Of a stretch of DNA of 64,000 nucleotides, positions 1 to 12,344 are shown piece by piece. Both the position numbers and the translations under genes were made by a program. The stretch comes from Camelus dromedarius. Taxonomy: Eukaryota. Within the stretch, counting starts at the first letter, position 1; each line of letters opens with the position of its first letter. The notes under the pieces were generated by a model. The model made no database searches. It had not been told where the DNA came from and saw only the letters and a program-made list of their open reading frames with translations. The DNA is taken from positions 49,230,001-49,294,000 of the forward strand of contig NC_087437.1 in NCBI RefSeq assembly GCF_036321535.1. Direction: 5' to 3'.

Positions 1-3000
1 TTTTTGATAGGTTCATGTAGTATTTTATTTACGTAAAGTGAAAATATATAAATAATACCTTTTTTATTTTTCTGGGATAATATTCAATTATAGAAATATG
101 TTAAAGTTTGGGGGGTCTTTAGCTAGATTTTATTTCTAAATTCTAAAACATGAAATAACATATAATATATTATAATCAAATTGGAATTCTGGGCACATCT
201 AATACATAGATCATTTGGTAGAAAATAAATTTTTTTACCTTTACCCAGAAAGGGGAAAGAGCATTAATTTAAATTTTAGAAATGGGTTAATTTGGATAAT
301 TATAGGTGTCTTTGGTGTTCATATGTTGTGGCTTACTTGAAAAGTATATGAATATTTGGGTTTAAATGTGGAAATTTTATGTACAAGTATCCTTAGAAAA
401 TCTGACTAAAAAAAAGAAAAAGAATATGTTTAAAATTGAGAAGACAATAGAGATGACATAACATTGTATTTTAAGAAACGCACATTTTAAAATAATTCAG
501 AGATGCTATATTATGAAAAGTACTCCAGCATTTTGGGGCATTTTTACTGTTTAAGTAAACATATTCAATTTTAAAAATATATAATTATATGTGGCTATCA
601 GAGTAGTCTTGTGTCATGAAATATATAGGAATTCAAGTCATTATGTACTTTAAAATATCCTAATGATAATAATAAAAAATTTTGAAATCACATCAGATTT
701 AATTAATTATAAATTATTATACAACACGGAAAGAAGTTATAAAGTCACAGAGTGCTAGCAAAAACTGTTTTAAAAAAAAGAAACCCCAGCATATGTAATG
801 CAAAAGTAAATACTCCTAGTAGTGGAGTTAAACATTTTATATTATACTGGTTTGTGATTCAGTATCAGCCTATGCAGTTTAGGGATGGTGCAATAAGTAA
901 AAATGTTATGGCAAAAATATAAAACTTCCAATCTAATACCATAAAAATAACCATTTGACACTTTATAATTTTGTAAAGAATGGGACAAAAAAATACCACT
1001 TCTGGTTACAAAATAAAAAAGTCTAATAAATATACCTTTGCATGGCTGACTTTGAAGTCCTTCCCTGTAAATGGGCAATGCATTTTGCATTTTTTTGGTC
1101 ATTTTCCCCAACTGCCTTTCAGTTTTAACAATCTGAGTTTAGTTCCCTAAGAAAGAAGCCCCTCTTTCTCATTAGTCACATCTAAGAGGTTAGAGAGTAT
1201 GTTTAAACAGATATATTTTCTTTTCGTCTAACCTTGTCTGGAAGATATAGGAAAACTAATTTGCCTTATTTACATATGGCACAATCTATCCAGTATTCAA
1301 GGGTTTGTCAGAAACAGGAACCTTGTGCATTTCCATGGTAACCGATGGCATGCTGACAGTATCTGGCTTGTTGCAGCTTCGTCTAGGCAGGCCGGCAATT
1401 AATCAGCCATCTACATGCACAAAATTCTTTGTGAGTGAATGGCAGCGCGCCTCTGTAGTGCTGTCTGTGCTTTTACAATTTTGTATTCCTGCCGGGCAAA
1501 GTACTTTTTTGTCTCTTCTATTCATTTTCCAAAGCTCCCCAAAATGTGCTAGAAAAGAGTGTGAGGGGGTGGGGGAAAGGGGAACACATCTACCTGTAAT
1601 TTCAAAATGACATTATTCCTTCCTAGCATCAAATACGGCAGGGTGTGTTTCTTCCTTTTATCCCATGCCTCATAGTGGGTTTGCCTTTAATTTTTTTTTC
1701 CTGAATTTTCTTAGGTTCGTGCTAGATAGTCCCTTAATCTGTGTCTCAAGGTCTTTTATTGTTGATGCAAATCGGGCATACCTACTGAAGCAGGTCTGTG
1801 CATAAATCATGGCTGGGCCTGTGTCATACTGTGGGGAGCCTTGAAGTCCTCTTACTTTCCTTATGCATTCTTGTCCTCTCAGTTACGTGGACTGGACATT
1901 ATTCCCATTTTTCAGGCTGGGATGCAGAGCAGTTAAAAGAGTCAGCCAGCTTCCCACGGCAAGTTTGGGATGGAACGTTTCAGCGCTTTTGCCACTGGGC
2001 CAGCTCTGAGACCCTGGCAATTCCCCATTATGTCTGGTGATGGCTAAGGGTACAAGAATCACTATTACTTCACTTTAATAGCCTGGAGTTTTCATCCTCG
2101 AAAAGTAGTACCATTCAATGTATTCATTTTGAACCCTATATTGTCTAGGATCTGGACAAGAGCATGAGGAAGGTAACAGTTTGGCCCACCTTAGATGGTT
2201 CTTAGAAAACTGTGTTTAGATTTTGCCTATGACCCTAACTTTGTCATATCTGGGAAGACACTTCATTCTCTGTAAAATTAAGGGAATGGATTTGATTATC
2301 TTGAAAGGTCCACCCAGTACTGAAATTCTATAATTCTTCTAATTTCCAAAACATTATATTAGATAGTTGTAGGTAAAAATTAAGATCTATAATTTGTTCA
2401 GTCTTTGTCCTTGAAAGATGACCGAATGATTTGCATTGAATTGAATAAATTTTTTTCAAAAAGGAAAAAGAAAGATTTGACATCTGGATAGTGACAAATC
2501 TCCGAAGGTCAAAACTCATTGAAATCAGATTTGGACATCAGCATTACCACAAAATTCACAGATTGAAAATTTAGTTGTCTTCAAACTCAAGCAGAATATC
2601 TGAAAAAAATTTTAAGCCTGCTGAAGCATAGAGATATTCAGTTTCTGAGAAGTTTCATGCATCGCAAGAGAAGTTTTTGTTGGGAGAGTTTCAATGGGGA
2701 AAAAAAAACTAGCAACAAAGATGTTTATTCATAGAATGGAGGGAATAAAGGTGAAAATACATGTAATTTTTAATATTCTGTGTAAATCTGAAGTCATTTT
2801 TATTAGTTTAGGAATATAAATTTACGTATACATATATACCTATTTTAAATGTCTATTTTTATTTATTTAAGGAAGAATTACTTATTTATCATATAATTGT
2901 CCTTTAAAAATAAAAAAAATTCTTTCTTAAAAAATGTGACCTCAATTTGAAAGTAAATCCCATTTCAGCAATACAGAAACAAGGATGCTCTTTCATGCAG

Positions 3001-3922
3001 ATGTTTTGCCAGTGTCTTTCAGTTCTGTTTCATTTGTTTTATGAGTGACAAAGTTTCTAATATAACTGTTGTCTCCAATGTTGTCTTTCTGTTAAAAAAG
3101 AGTGAAGTGTGAGTACAAAGCTTCTGTTTTTTCTAACCAATTATTGTTTATCCTCTTAAGTGCTGCAAACGCAAGGGCTTCATTTATTTTTCCATGCTCA
3201 GTTTCTCTCACTTGTTTATGTACTAATTCTAAGTAACACACTAAATAATATTTCATCTAACATTTAACCCATTTTAAACCATCCTGTTTCCTCCAGAGTT
3301 CAATTAAATTTGTCAGTGATATTCCAGAATAAAATGTTTTTTTGTTCTTGCAATTATGTTCTTGCAATCTATGATATATTATGTTTGTGCAAGAAGTCTG
3401 TCCAATTTTTTTTGGTACAGTGTAGCTCATAATATGTGGTCTCTGTCATTTTTCACTATTTTAGAAAAATCAGGCAAAAAACTTCTCTACATGAGGAATG
3501 TTACCATGAGCTTTTTGCATGTTCTCTCTCAAAGTTTTTCTCATTCTTTCATAGTGCTTTTAAGTAGGGATCTTGTCACATCATTCACTTAGTAATGAAT
3601 CAGGTATTTATTGAGCTCCATTATTTGGGTGTTTGGAAGTCCCCAATTACTGCCACCTCCCAGAAATAAAAAATATGGGAAATCTTCTCAATGGTAAAAA
3701 TTATTCTTACCAGTAACTAATTTGGATCTAACAAATTTGAAAACAAATAATTGTTAAGCACAAGTAATTGGTTAGTTTCAGATGTAACTTTCTCTCTACC
3801 TTACCTTTTTAATTTCCTAGGCTACAAATGAGGATAATACTACTTAATTCATAGAATTTTGTTAGAATTAAATAAAGTGTATGAGGCATTTTTCAGATTT
3901 TACATACTCAAAAATGGTAGAA

Positions 3923-4185
3923 ATATGAGGTATCCGTAGCAATGAAATTCATAGAAACAGAAAGTAGAACGGTGGTTACTAGGGGTTGAAGAGAGGTGAG
4001 AATGGAGAGTAACTGCTTCATAGGTACAAGATCTCCTTTGAGGGTGAAGAAAATGTTTTGGAACTACATAGAGATGGTGGTTGCACAATATTGTGAGTAT
4101 ACTAAAAACCATTATACTGTAACTTTAAATGGGAAAAATTTATGGTATCTGAATTATATCTCAACAAAGCTATTCTTTTTTTAAA
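3923..4185 (+). mobile_element. Old L1 3' UTR fragment (L1MB-type)
   Basis: AAATTCATAGAAACAGAAAGTAGAACGGTGGTTACTAGGGG...GAAAATGTTTTGGAACTA...GAATTATATCTCAACAAAG resembles L1MB 3' ends. Confidence 0.75.
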
Positions 4186-4293
4186 GCCAACATTAAAGCT
4201 TAGAAAATTCACACAAAATTCCAGATTGATCTCTTTTGGAAGTATCCTTTGATCTAACATCACCAGCCGTGTGGTCCCTTTTGGGGATCTCTC

Positions 4294-4477
4294 ATTGTTT
4301 AATGGATATAGAGTTTCAGTTTTGCAAGATGAAAAAGTACTAGAGATCTGTTTCACAGCACTGTAAATATACTTAACACAACTGAATTATACACTTAAAA
4401 ATGGTTAAGATGGTAAATTTTATGTTATGCATTTTAGCGTGATAAAAGCTATATAATAGAAGTGGTTTTTAAAAAAA
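4294..4477 (+). mobile_element. Old L1 3' end fragment (L1MA10/L1MB1-like)
   Basis: GTTTAATGGATATAGAGTTTCAGTTTTGCAAGATGAAAAAG...CACTTAAAAATGGTTAAGATGGTAAATTTTATG, ending in an A-rich tail. Confidence 0.75.
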
Positions 4478-4591
4478 GATAGTATTGATAATGTTCTTAT
4501 AAGTGTTTTTCTCATTATTATTGTCACTATTCTTAACAGCTTGCTAGTCCTTAATTTATTGCGAGGATTAGTAAAACTTAATAATGATATG

Positions 4592-4673
4592 TATTAGTTC
4601 AAACCATATGCAATCACAATATTCAACCACTTTTGACCTACAAAATGGCAGTTTTGAATTATTCAACCTAACA
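4592..4673. mobile_element. MADE2 mariner-derived MITE
   Basis: About 80 bp with decayed terminal inverted repeats TATTAGTTCAAACCATATG / ATTCAACCTAACA and core TTTTGACCTACAAAATGGCA, matching the recalled MADE2 consensus. Confidence 0.75.
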
Positions 4674-4814
4674 GTTCATGAAAATATCCTAAGGTAACTA
4701 TATTATGGCTTTTTGATTTACTATTATGTATATTTGAATTCTATATAAAAATATACTTTTATTTAGGTTCTTGATGGATCTCCACTTCAGGGGCCAATAG
4801 AAATCATTCTGTTG

Positions 4815-5200
4815 CATTTGATTTCTGGCTCCTCCACTTACTGGCTCTGTGATCTTCAGTCTCAGTTTCCTTATCTGTGAAGTGAAGAAGATAAATAGGA
4901 TTGAGGTCAGGACTACAGGAAACAAATTATGAAAAGCACTGAACCCAGGGCCTGGCACATGGTAGGAGCTAAGCAAATATCGTACTTCCTTTCTCCTGGG
5001 TAACAGTGTGTAGGGCAGGATGGTATGGAGTTAATAGGTGTCTGAACCTGAGTTACACAGGTAGGAGTTCCAGCTGCTGATTTTAGTCAGATAACTTCTC
5101 AAGTCTTAGTCTCCACATCTGAGAAGAGCTACCTCAAAAGATTATGAAGATTAAAAGCACCTCACCCTGTTCTGAGAATGTATTAGGTACTCAACAAATT
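4815..5200 (+). mobile_element. Two adjacent MIR SINE remnants
   Basis: MIR core TCTCAGTTTCCTTATCTGTGAAGTG and 3' part GCCTGGCACATGGTAGGAGCT, followed by a second decayed core from ~5040. Confidence 0.65.
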
Positions 5201-6087
5201 ACCTTAAACATGGATTTACTGTTTTCAAAATCTGTTTTTCCCCCATGGAGAGGGGAAGACTGTGGAAACCGGAAAGTATTCTTAGGAACTAAAAATACTC
5301 ATTTCCTTTCCTCAGACTATTTCTACCACTTTTTTTTTTTCTTGTCCTATCTCCCTAGGTTGCCTCAAACCCTATATGTAGAGCAGGATTCACCTCATCT
5401 TCCATCCTGGGCCCTTGGTCATGCTCTCAGAGTCCAAGCAGATGGTGATTAGAAGAAACATTAAAGTGGGCTCCAATGATTGGGTACTAGTTCTAGTCCC
5501 TGCAGCCACTGATCTGTAACCCTGGTCAGTCATTGCCCCTCTGAAGAGTTTGAAGGAGATCAGAGATTCCTAAATGCCGATTGTGACCAGTCTAAAATGA
5601 AATGAGAAAAATTAAGACACATTTTATGTAGCTATAACATTTTATCTATATTTACATTTGTATCTATATTTATATTGCTATATTGTACCCATCCTTGCTT
5701 AGGAGAGACTGTCTTTTATACTGAGATGATGCTCTTCTTCCTCTTTTGTTTCCAAGTGCCTATTCATTTATGGGATCACAGATAAATAGATGGTAGATTT
5801 TATGTGACTGCCTCACTTGGCAAAATAAAAGGCTGGCCACCCTCCATCTTTCTCCTTAAAAATTGTAAAAGCTAAAACTCTAGACTTTTTGAATTCATTA
5901 ATTCTAAGGGTATTTCTCAATCTGGCATTCAATTATTCTAATTAGAATTCACCCAAACCATGGATCCTTAAGTGGCTCCTTGGCTTGAGGATTAGAGAAG
6001 CAGCCCTCTCATAACTCAGTGAAATCTGCAATTCTTCAAATTTTGTTCCCAGACATTTTTGCTTCAATAATACGGAAGTATGGAACT

Positions 6088-7921
6088 CTTTTATTTTAAG
6101 ATTTTATTTTTTAGAGAAGTTTTAGGTTTACAACAAAATTGAGAAGGAGGTACAGAAATTTCCAATACATGTATAGCCTCCTCCATTATCAACATCACTC
6201 ACCAGAAGGGTACATTTTTTGACCAAGGGTGAAAGTACATTGACATATCACAGTTACCCACAGTCCACATTTTTCCTTAGGACTCGCTCTTGTTGTATAT
6301 TCTGAGTTTGGACAAATGTATAATGACATATATCATCATTATCATATCACATAGAGTATTTTCATTGCACTAGAGACCCTCTGTATTCTGCTGATTCATC
6401 TCCTCACCTTTCACCTCTGTCAACCTCACCTTTCACCTCTGTCAGCCACCTCTGGTACCACTGATAATTGTACCGTCTCCATAGCTTTGCCTTTTCCAGA
6501 ATGTCATGTAGTTGGAATTATACAGCATGTAGCCTTTTCAGATTGGCTTCTTTCACTTAATAGTGTGCATTTAAGTTTCCTCTGTATCTTTTCATGGCTT
6601 GATAGCTCATTTCTTTTTAGAACTGAATAATATTCCACTGTCTGCCTGTACCACAGTTTATTTATCCATTTACCTGCTGAAGGACACCTGGGTTGCTTAC
6701 AAGTTTCAGCAGTTATGAATACATCTGCTATAACAATTTGTGTGCAGGTTTTGTGTGGACATAAGTTTTCAGCTCTTCTGGGTAAATACCAGAGAGTGCA
6801 ATTGCTGGATTGTGTGTTATGAGTGTGCTGAGCTTTGTGAAAAACAGCCAAGGTGACTGTACTATTTTGAAATACCACGTGCAATGTGTGAGAGTTCCTG
6901 TTCCATATCCCACCAGTATCTGGTGTTGTCAGAGTTTTGGATTTTGGCCATTCTAAACAGTCGTAGGTCATTGTTTTACTTTGCATTTTCCTGATGACAT
7001 ATGATGAGGAGCATCTTTTCATGTGCTTATTTGCCATCCATACATCATCTTTGGTGAGGTGTCAAGATCTCGGCCTTTTTTTTTAATTGGATTGTTGTCT
7101 TATTGTTGAGTTTTAAGAGTTCTTTCTGTAATTTGAGTAATAGTCCTTTATCAGATGTGTCTTTTGCAAATACTTTCTCCCAGTTTGTAGCTTGTCTTTT
7201 CATTCTTTTGGTATTGTCTTTCACAGAGCAGAAATGTTTAATTTTAATGAAGTCCAGCTTATTGATTATTTGTTTCATGGATAATGCCTTTGGTGTTGTA
7301 TCTAAAAAGGCATCATGATAACCAAAGTTATCTAAGTTTTCTCCTATGTTATCGTCTAGGAGTTTTATAGTTTTGCATTTTATGTTTAGATCAATGATTT
7401 ATTTTGAGTTAATTTTTGTGAAGGGTATAAAGTCTGTGTCTAGATGCATTTTTTTGCATGTGGATGTCCAACTGTTCTAGCACCATTTGCTGATGAGACT
7501 ATCTTTGCTCCATTGTATTGCCTTTGCTTTTTTGTCAAAGATCAATTGATTCTATTGATCTAGTTGTCTATTCTTTCACCAATACCACACTGTTTTAATA
7601 ACTGCAGCTTCACAGTAAGTCCTGAAGCTCGATAGCATCAGTCCTCCAACTTTGTTTTTCTCCTTCAGTGTTGTGTTGCCTCTTCCAGGCCTTTTGCCTC
7701 TCCGTGTAAACTTTAGAATCCGTTGGGTAACAGCCGTAGAATAGCTTGCTGGGATTTTCATTGGGATTGCGTTGAATCTACAGATCAAGTTGAAAGGAAT
7801 CGACATCTTGACAATTGAGTCTTCTTGTCCATGAACATGTCTACATTTATTTAGTTCTCCTTTGATTCCATTCATTAGAGTTTTATAGTTTTCCTCATAT
7901 AGATTTTCACATATTTTGTTC
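6088..7921 (-). mobile_element. 5'-truncated L1 (L1MC1-like): 3' UTR plus ORF2 C-terminal remnant
   Basis: 3' end TTTTTAGAGAAGTTTTAGGTTTACAACAAAATTGAG; minus-strand ORFs give ORF2 motifs (YEENYKTL, RFNAIPMKIP, VIKTVWYW, QATNWEKVFA, KQPRCPS, EYYSVLKRNE). Confidence 0.9.
6402..6445. repeat. 22-bp tandem duplication inside the L1MC1-like element
   Basis: CCTCACCTTTCACCTCTGTCAA followed by CCTCACCTTTCACCTCTGTCAG. Confidence 0.9.
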
Positions 7922-8160
7922 ATGGTAAACTTTTGAGAAAGATAAACTTTCTTTTTGCAAGTTAGTTCTTGTCACATCTGAGTAAGTATGAAACGTGTAT
8001 TAGGTTAGAGAGGGAAGCCCATTACCTAGAATTGCTTTAACAGGAAAAAAGTATGCATCATCAATTATTTCATTTTTATTTTTCTCCACATGATGCATAA
8101 TATCAGAGTTTTCCTTCATAGCTCTTATGACAAATGGAATCACACTCTTACTAGTCATAA

Positions 8161-8242
8161 GATGAATGAGATGAGTTAGATCATTTAATCCATGGTATGG
8201 CACCCAAATGGTAAAGCTGAAGAAAAAGAATGTCTGACAAAT
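8161..8242. repeat. 82-bp dispersed direct repeat, copy 1
   Basis: Matches 9893-9974 at 80 of 82 bases. Confidence 0.95.
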
Positions 8243-8734
8243 CTCAGGTTCTATAGCAAGATCAGAGAAAACTTCTCAAAAGAAATGGCAGGTAAAGTAG
8301 CCTTAAATGGTGGCTGATATTTTGACATACAGATATGAAAGATTATATGGTACTCAGTATAATTATAGAATTGAGTACACTTTGGTGTATTCTAGTCCTT
8401 TGAAAATTGGTAACCTCTATTTGTAAGTCAACTTCTAAATAATCTTTTAACAAATTAGAATTAATCAGATCTGTTTACCCTAAAGCCAGTCTAGGGAAAG
8501 GGAAGTTTTCTTCATATGAAGGGTAACATATAGAAAGGACAATAAAGGATGTAAAGAGTTAAGCACTATTCCAAAAATGTTAGCTTAAGAGACCAGCAGG
8601 CACAATTTCATTTTGATAAAGAGACTGAGCAAGAGAAGAATTTAAATAAGAGATAAGGAGCTCTGTTTCCATCTACCTGCAAGGTAATTGATGAAATAGC
8701 AAACTTAGAGACAAATTGCAGATGTAGGCAGCTT

Positions 8735-8960
8735 GCCATGTGGAAAGAAACTTTGGTATTAAATAAATTTGGGCTTTACTTTCAGCTCTGCGACTAACTA
8801 GCTGGTGACTTGGGACATGTTCAATAAACTTAATAAATCTAGTTTCTTCTTTAATAAAATGAAGATAATAGTCTGCAGGATTTTTATTATAGATAAATTA
8901 AAATAATTTATGTAAAAGGGACTAGTGTAGAATTTAAAGCATGGTGGGTATTCAGGAAAC
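8735..8960 (+). mobile_element. MIR SINE remnant
   Basis: CAGCTCTGCGACTAACTAGCTGGTGACTTGGG...TCTAGTTTCTTCTTTAATAAAATGAAGATAATAG. Confidence 0.65.
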
Positions 8961-9892
8961 ACTTTTCTCTCCATCCTTTGTCCACTTTGTCTGCTTTAGG
9001 TCTTGAGTTTTGCTTCTTTCCAAGACGATACGTGTCCCCTGGTACCAAATAGGCCCTTTGTGTATCCCCAGATCTGAAAGCAAATGTTTACCAGAATAAC
9101 CACCCAATAGGCCTAATAGTAACACCAAATTAATTTAATATGCAGAATCAAGGCTTGAAAATTAAAGTTTAGAATCTTCTTTTCTGTAAAGTGCTTACAA
9201 CAATTTAGTCTGCCTTCTCTGTTCTTTTCTCAAATTAAAAGAGAATTAAAGGTCAAGTTTACAGCAAAGATGCAGATCGCTGTATATCAAATTTTCTATT
9301 CAAGTTGATAAATTCAGCCAGGTTCTGGAGTGATGGAACAGACTTTGCTATGGGAGGAGGTGACTGGAAGGAATATGGGAGTTAAATGGAGCAGGAGCCA
9401 AACCATTTATCACTAGGTGCTGACAAGCAGCATGTGACACTGTTCATACTGTTTGTAGTCAGAAGAATTCTGCTAGTCTCCTGCTTATTAGTTTGGTGAT
9501 CCTGGATAGGACTCATCTGAACCCCAAAAGAAAAATCTGATGTTTCAATAGTACTGACCCAAAGCAAGCGTTAGTAAATGTTTGTTGAATGAATAAATGT
9601 TGCAGAAAGTGACATCAATACTTAGTTTCTGTGTATTTGTGCTGTGGTCCCTTATAATTTCCTTTAAGCCCACAGACAATGAAAAAATCAAAATACTTAA
9701 GTTATCCCCCACTATTTAGCCAGAAATGTGTGTGACTGTTATGCAGTGACAGTAACTAGCCTACAAGGCTGACATATCTCTTGTCATCTTTCATGTTCCT
9801 TCATCATACAATCCCTCCATGGATTCATATATCACCTGTCAGATAATCTTCTAGAGAAGCTTGACTGTAACAGTTCGTTCTGTGGTTTGGAT

Positions 9893-9974
9893 GATGAATG
9901 AGATGAGTTAGATCATTTAATTCATGGTATGGCACCCAAATGTTAAAGCTGAAGAAAAAGAATGTCTGACAAAT
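9893..9974. repeat. 82-bp dispersed direct repeat, copy 2
   Basis: Matches 8161-8242 at 80 of 82 bases. Confidence 0.95.
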
Positions 9975-10994
9975 TGTTTGTTGTCATTAAGGTTTATTTC
10001 TCAAATGCCTTAGATGGTTTCCCCCACCTCATTCATTGTCCAATACATAAAGCTAACTATTATAAGGAAGACAATACTTAATGGATGCTAGACAAATGAT
10101 AGTTGAAGCTGTCTGGTGCATTACCCGATAAGTGAGAGCCAAATTATAATGTCATTAGATAGGAAGCCTCGAGTTATTATAAAGTTGTGCTTCCCACAAT
10201 GTCTTTCCTTTATCCTCAGCATGGTTCTTCCTGGCATCTGTTTTCACTCAGCAGCTGCATTGTTTTTATAACAGCTGAGATCAAGTTTTAAATCTATTAC
10301 ACCAATTTTTAAATGCCCCCAACCAGCACCCACAATGTACATTTTGGTTCATACAAACATAAACTTTAAAAGCTATCATCACAGACAGGTTAGGTATATA
10401 TAAGTCCCCACTTATACTATCTCTGGGGCTATTTCTCCATGCACAAATTCTGTTCTTAGACTATGTGTTCTTGTGTCCATTTTATAGCCAGTTCTTGGAA
10501 CATTGACACTCAGTTAATAACTCAAGAGTGAATGAATGAATGAGTAAACGTACATTCAGAGGTACAGACAGAAGGTACAGATAGAAGCATACTAAATGCA
10601 TATCAGTGTAAAGTATTTTGCTAAAGAGTTGACTATAGAGGAAATGAGTTCCACTTCTACCACAGGAAAGTTAGGATTCCTTGGCATTTTTGTTTGTAAC
10701 AAACCAATTATCTTGATGATTATTTTAAAAGAGCTTCATGAGTCCACTTACTTTCTCATTCTTAAACAATACCTGACAAACAGAGCTGTGGATGTATTCA
10801 CGAGTATGAACTACAAAAAAGCAAACTTCATTCTTTTTCAGTAGTAAGTAGAGTGCCCAGCTTAATCCTTTGACTTAATAACAATACATGGTATATACTG
10901 TATTAACAACTGTTACATTGTCTCCTTAAATAGAGCTCAGAAAAGTACCACCCTGAGTGTCTTGCACATTTGAAGTGTGAGCTTGTCATTTCAC

Positions 10995-11215
10995 TGATGT
11001 GAAGCTCTGAAGTTAGATATGTCTGGGTTCAAATTCTGGGTTTGCTAGTTACAAACTGTGAGACAAGCTACTTCAACTGTATGCCTCAGCTTCTTCATCT
11101 TTTAAGTGGAATAAAAATAGTCTCATCATAGAGTAGTTATGAGAACTATTCACTATCAGGAATTTAGAACAGTATCTGGCACTTAGTAAGTGTTCAACAC
11201 ATTAGCTAATGATGT
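10995..11215 (+). mobile_element. MIR SINE
   Basis: CTGGGTTCAAATTCTGG...TGCCTCAGCTTCTTCATCT...TAGAACAGTATCTGGCACTTAGTAAGTGTTCAA. Confidence 0.8.
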
Positions 11216-11321
11216 AGGGTTGTCGTTAAGTCTTGTCACTTTCATAAGTGACAAAGCAGAAAGGATTACAGGCTGCCAGTCTCCTTGCACATCTGCCTGT
11301 AGGCCTAGCCTGGCCCCTAAA

Positions 11322-11805
11322 CAAATGCTGTTCAAAAGAAATATAATGAGAATTGCATGTATAATTTAAAATTTTCAGTAGTATCATTAAAAAAGCTAAA
11401 AAGAAACAGGTAAAATTAATTTTAATAATACACTTTCTTTAACCACATGTATCCGAAACATTATCATTTTAACATGTAATCAATACAAAAAAATTAATGA
11501 GATAGCTTACATTCTTTTTTTCCTTACTGAAGCTTCAAAATTTGGTGTGTATTTTACACTTGTAGCACATCTTAACATGGGAGCTGAGTTTTGATTAGAA
11601 AGACTTGATTTCAATTCCATAAATTGACAATTGAAAAAGCAAACTCACATATCCAAGTTGTTCCAGACATATTTAGAAGTTTTCCATTAAATTTAGTTTT
11701 AAATTTAAATTTAATTTAATTTAAAACTCACCCCTCTGTCTCACTAGCCACATTTCAAGTTCTCAATGGCCTCATATGGTTAGTGCCTCCCAAGTTAGCC
11801 CAGTT
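11322..11805. mobile_element. hAT-Charlie DNA transposon (Charlie1b/MER33-like)
   Basis: AAAAAGAAACAGGTAAAATTAATTTTAATAATA...GGTGTGTATTTTACACTTGTAGCACATCT and CACTAGCCACATTTCAAGTTCTCAATGGC; the internal CCAAGTTGTTCCAGACAT segment favours Charlie1b. Confidence 0.8.
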
Positions 11806-12344
11806 CTCAGCAGTCTCAAGATGAACATACCCTGCCACCTTACCCGTCATGAAGCTGAGCTGCATTTTCAGCTCCAGTGTTGGGAGCAGGATGGGGCCAA
11901 AAGAAGGGGCTGAGTCCATGTGCTATATGGAGTCCAACCCTGCTATAAAGGAGAAGAAAGAATGATGGGGTTGGGGGTTAGGGCATAAGTGACCCAAAGC
12001 ATATCCATAGAAACAGAAACTTCAGCCATTCATGACCCTGCAAACTGCTTGGTCCCCTCTGCACCCTCGTCTGCACTACGCACTCTTTTTGGTTTTTAAT
12101 GGGCTTACTGACCTGTGGCTAGTACTCTCAGGCAGATGTCACAAACCATATCAGCACAGTTCTTTATTAGTGGCCAAAAAATACAAATGCTCAGCTTTGA
12201 GGTTGAATGTTCCTCAGAAACAGGATTCTCTGAATCATAGGGTTTATTTGTTGGTTAATTTTTATTATGTATGTTTCACTAAAAAAAAAAAATCTTATCT
12301 AACTTTACAATGTAAAGCTTTTTGAAAAAAATGGATTTACCACC

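Noticed and set aside
5359..5444. Possible + strand exon after a long pyrimidine tract (CCCTAG|GTTGCC...GATG|GTGATT)
   Set aside because: Weak donor, unrecognised peptide and no supporting neighbouring exons.
8161..9974. The 82-bp repeats as LTRs or CRISPR-like repeats
   Set aside because: No TG...CA ends, primer-binding site, polypurine tract or TSD; only two copies; the spacer holds an ancient MIR; mammalian context.
11233..11254. Short inverted repeats (TTGTCACTT-TCAT-AAGTGACAA; similar at ~54126-54144)
   Set aside because: Stems of 8-9 bp are expected by chance in AT-rich DNA and are too short for a pre-miRNA.
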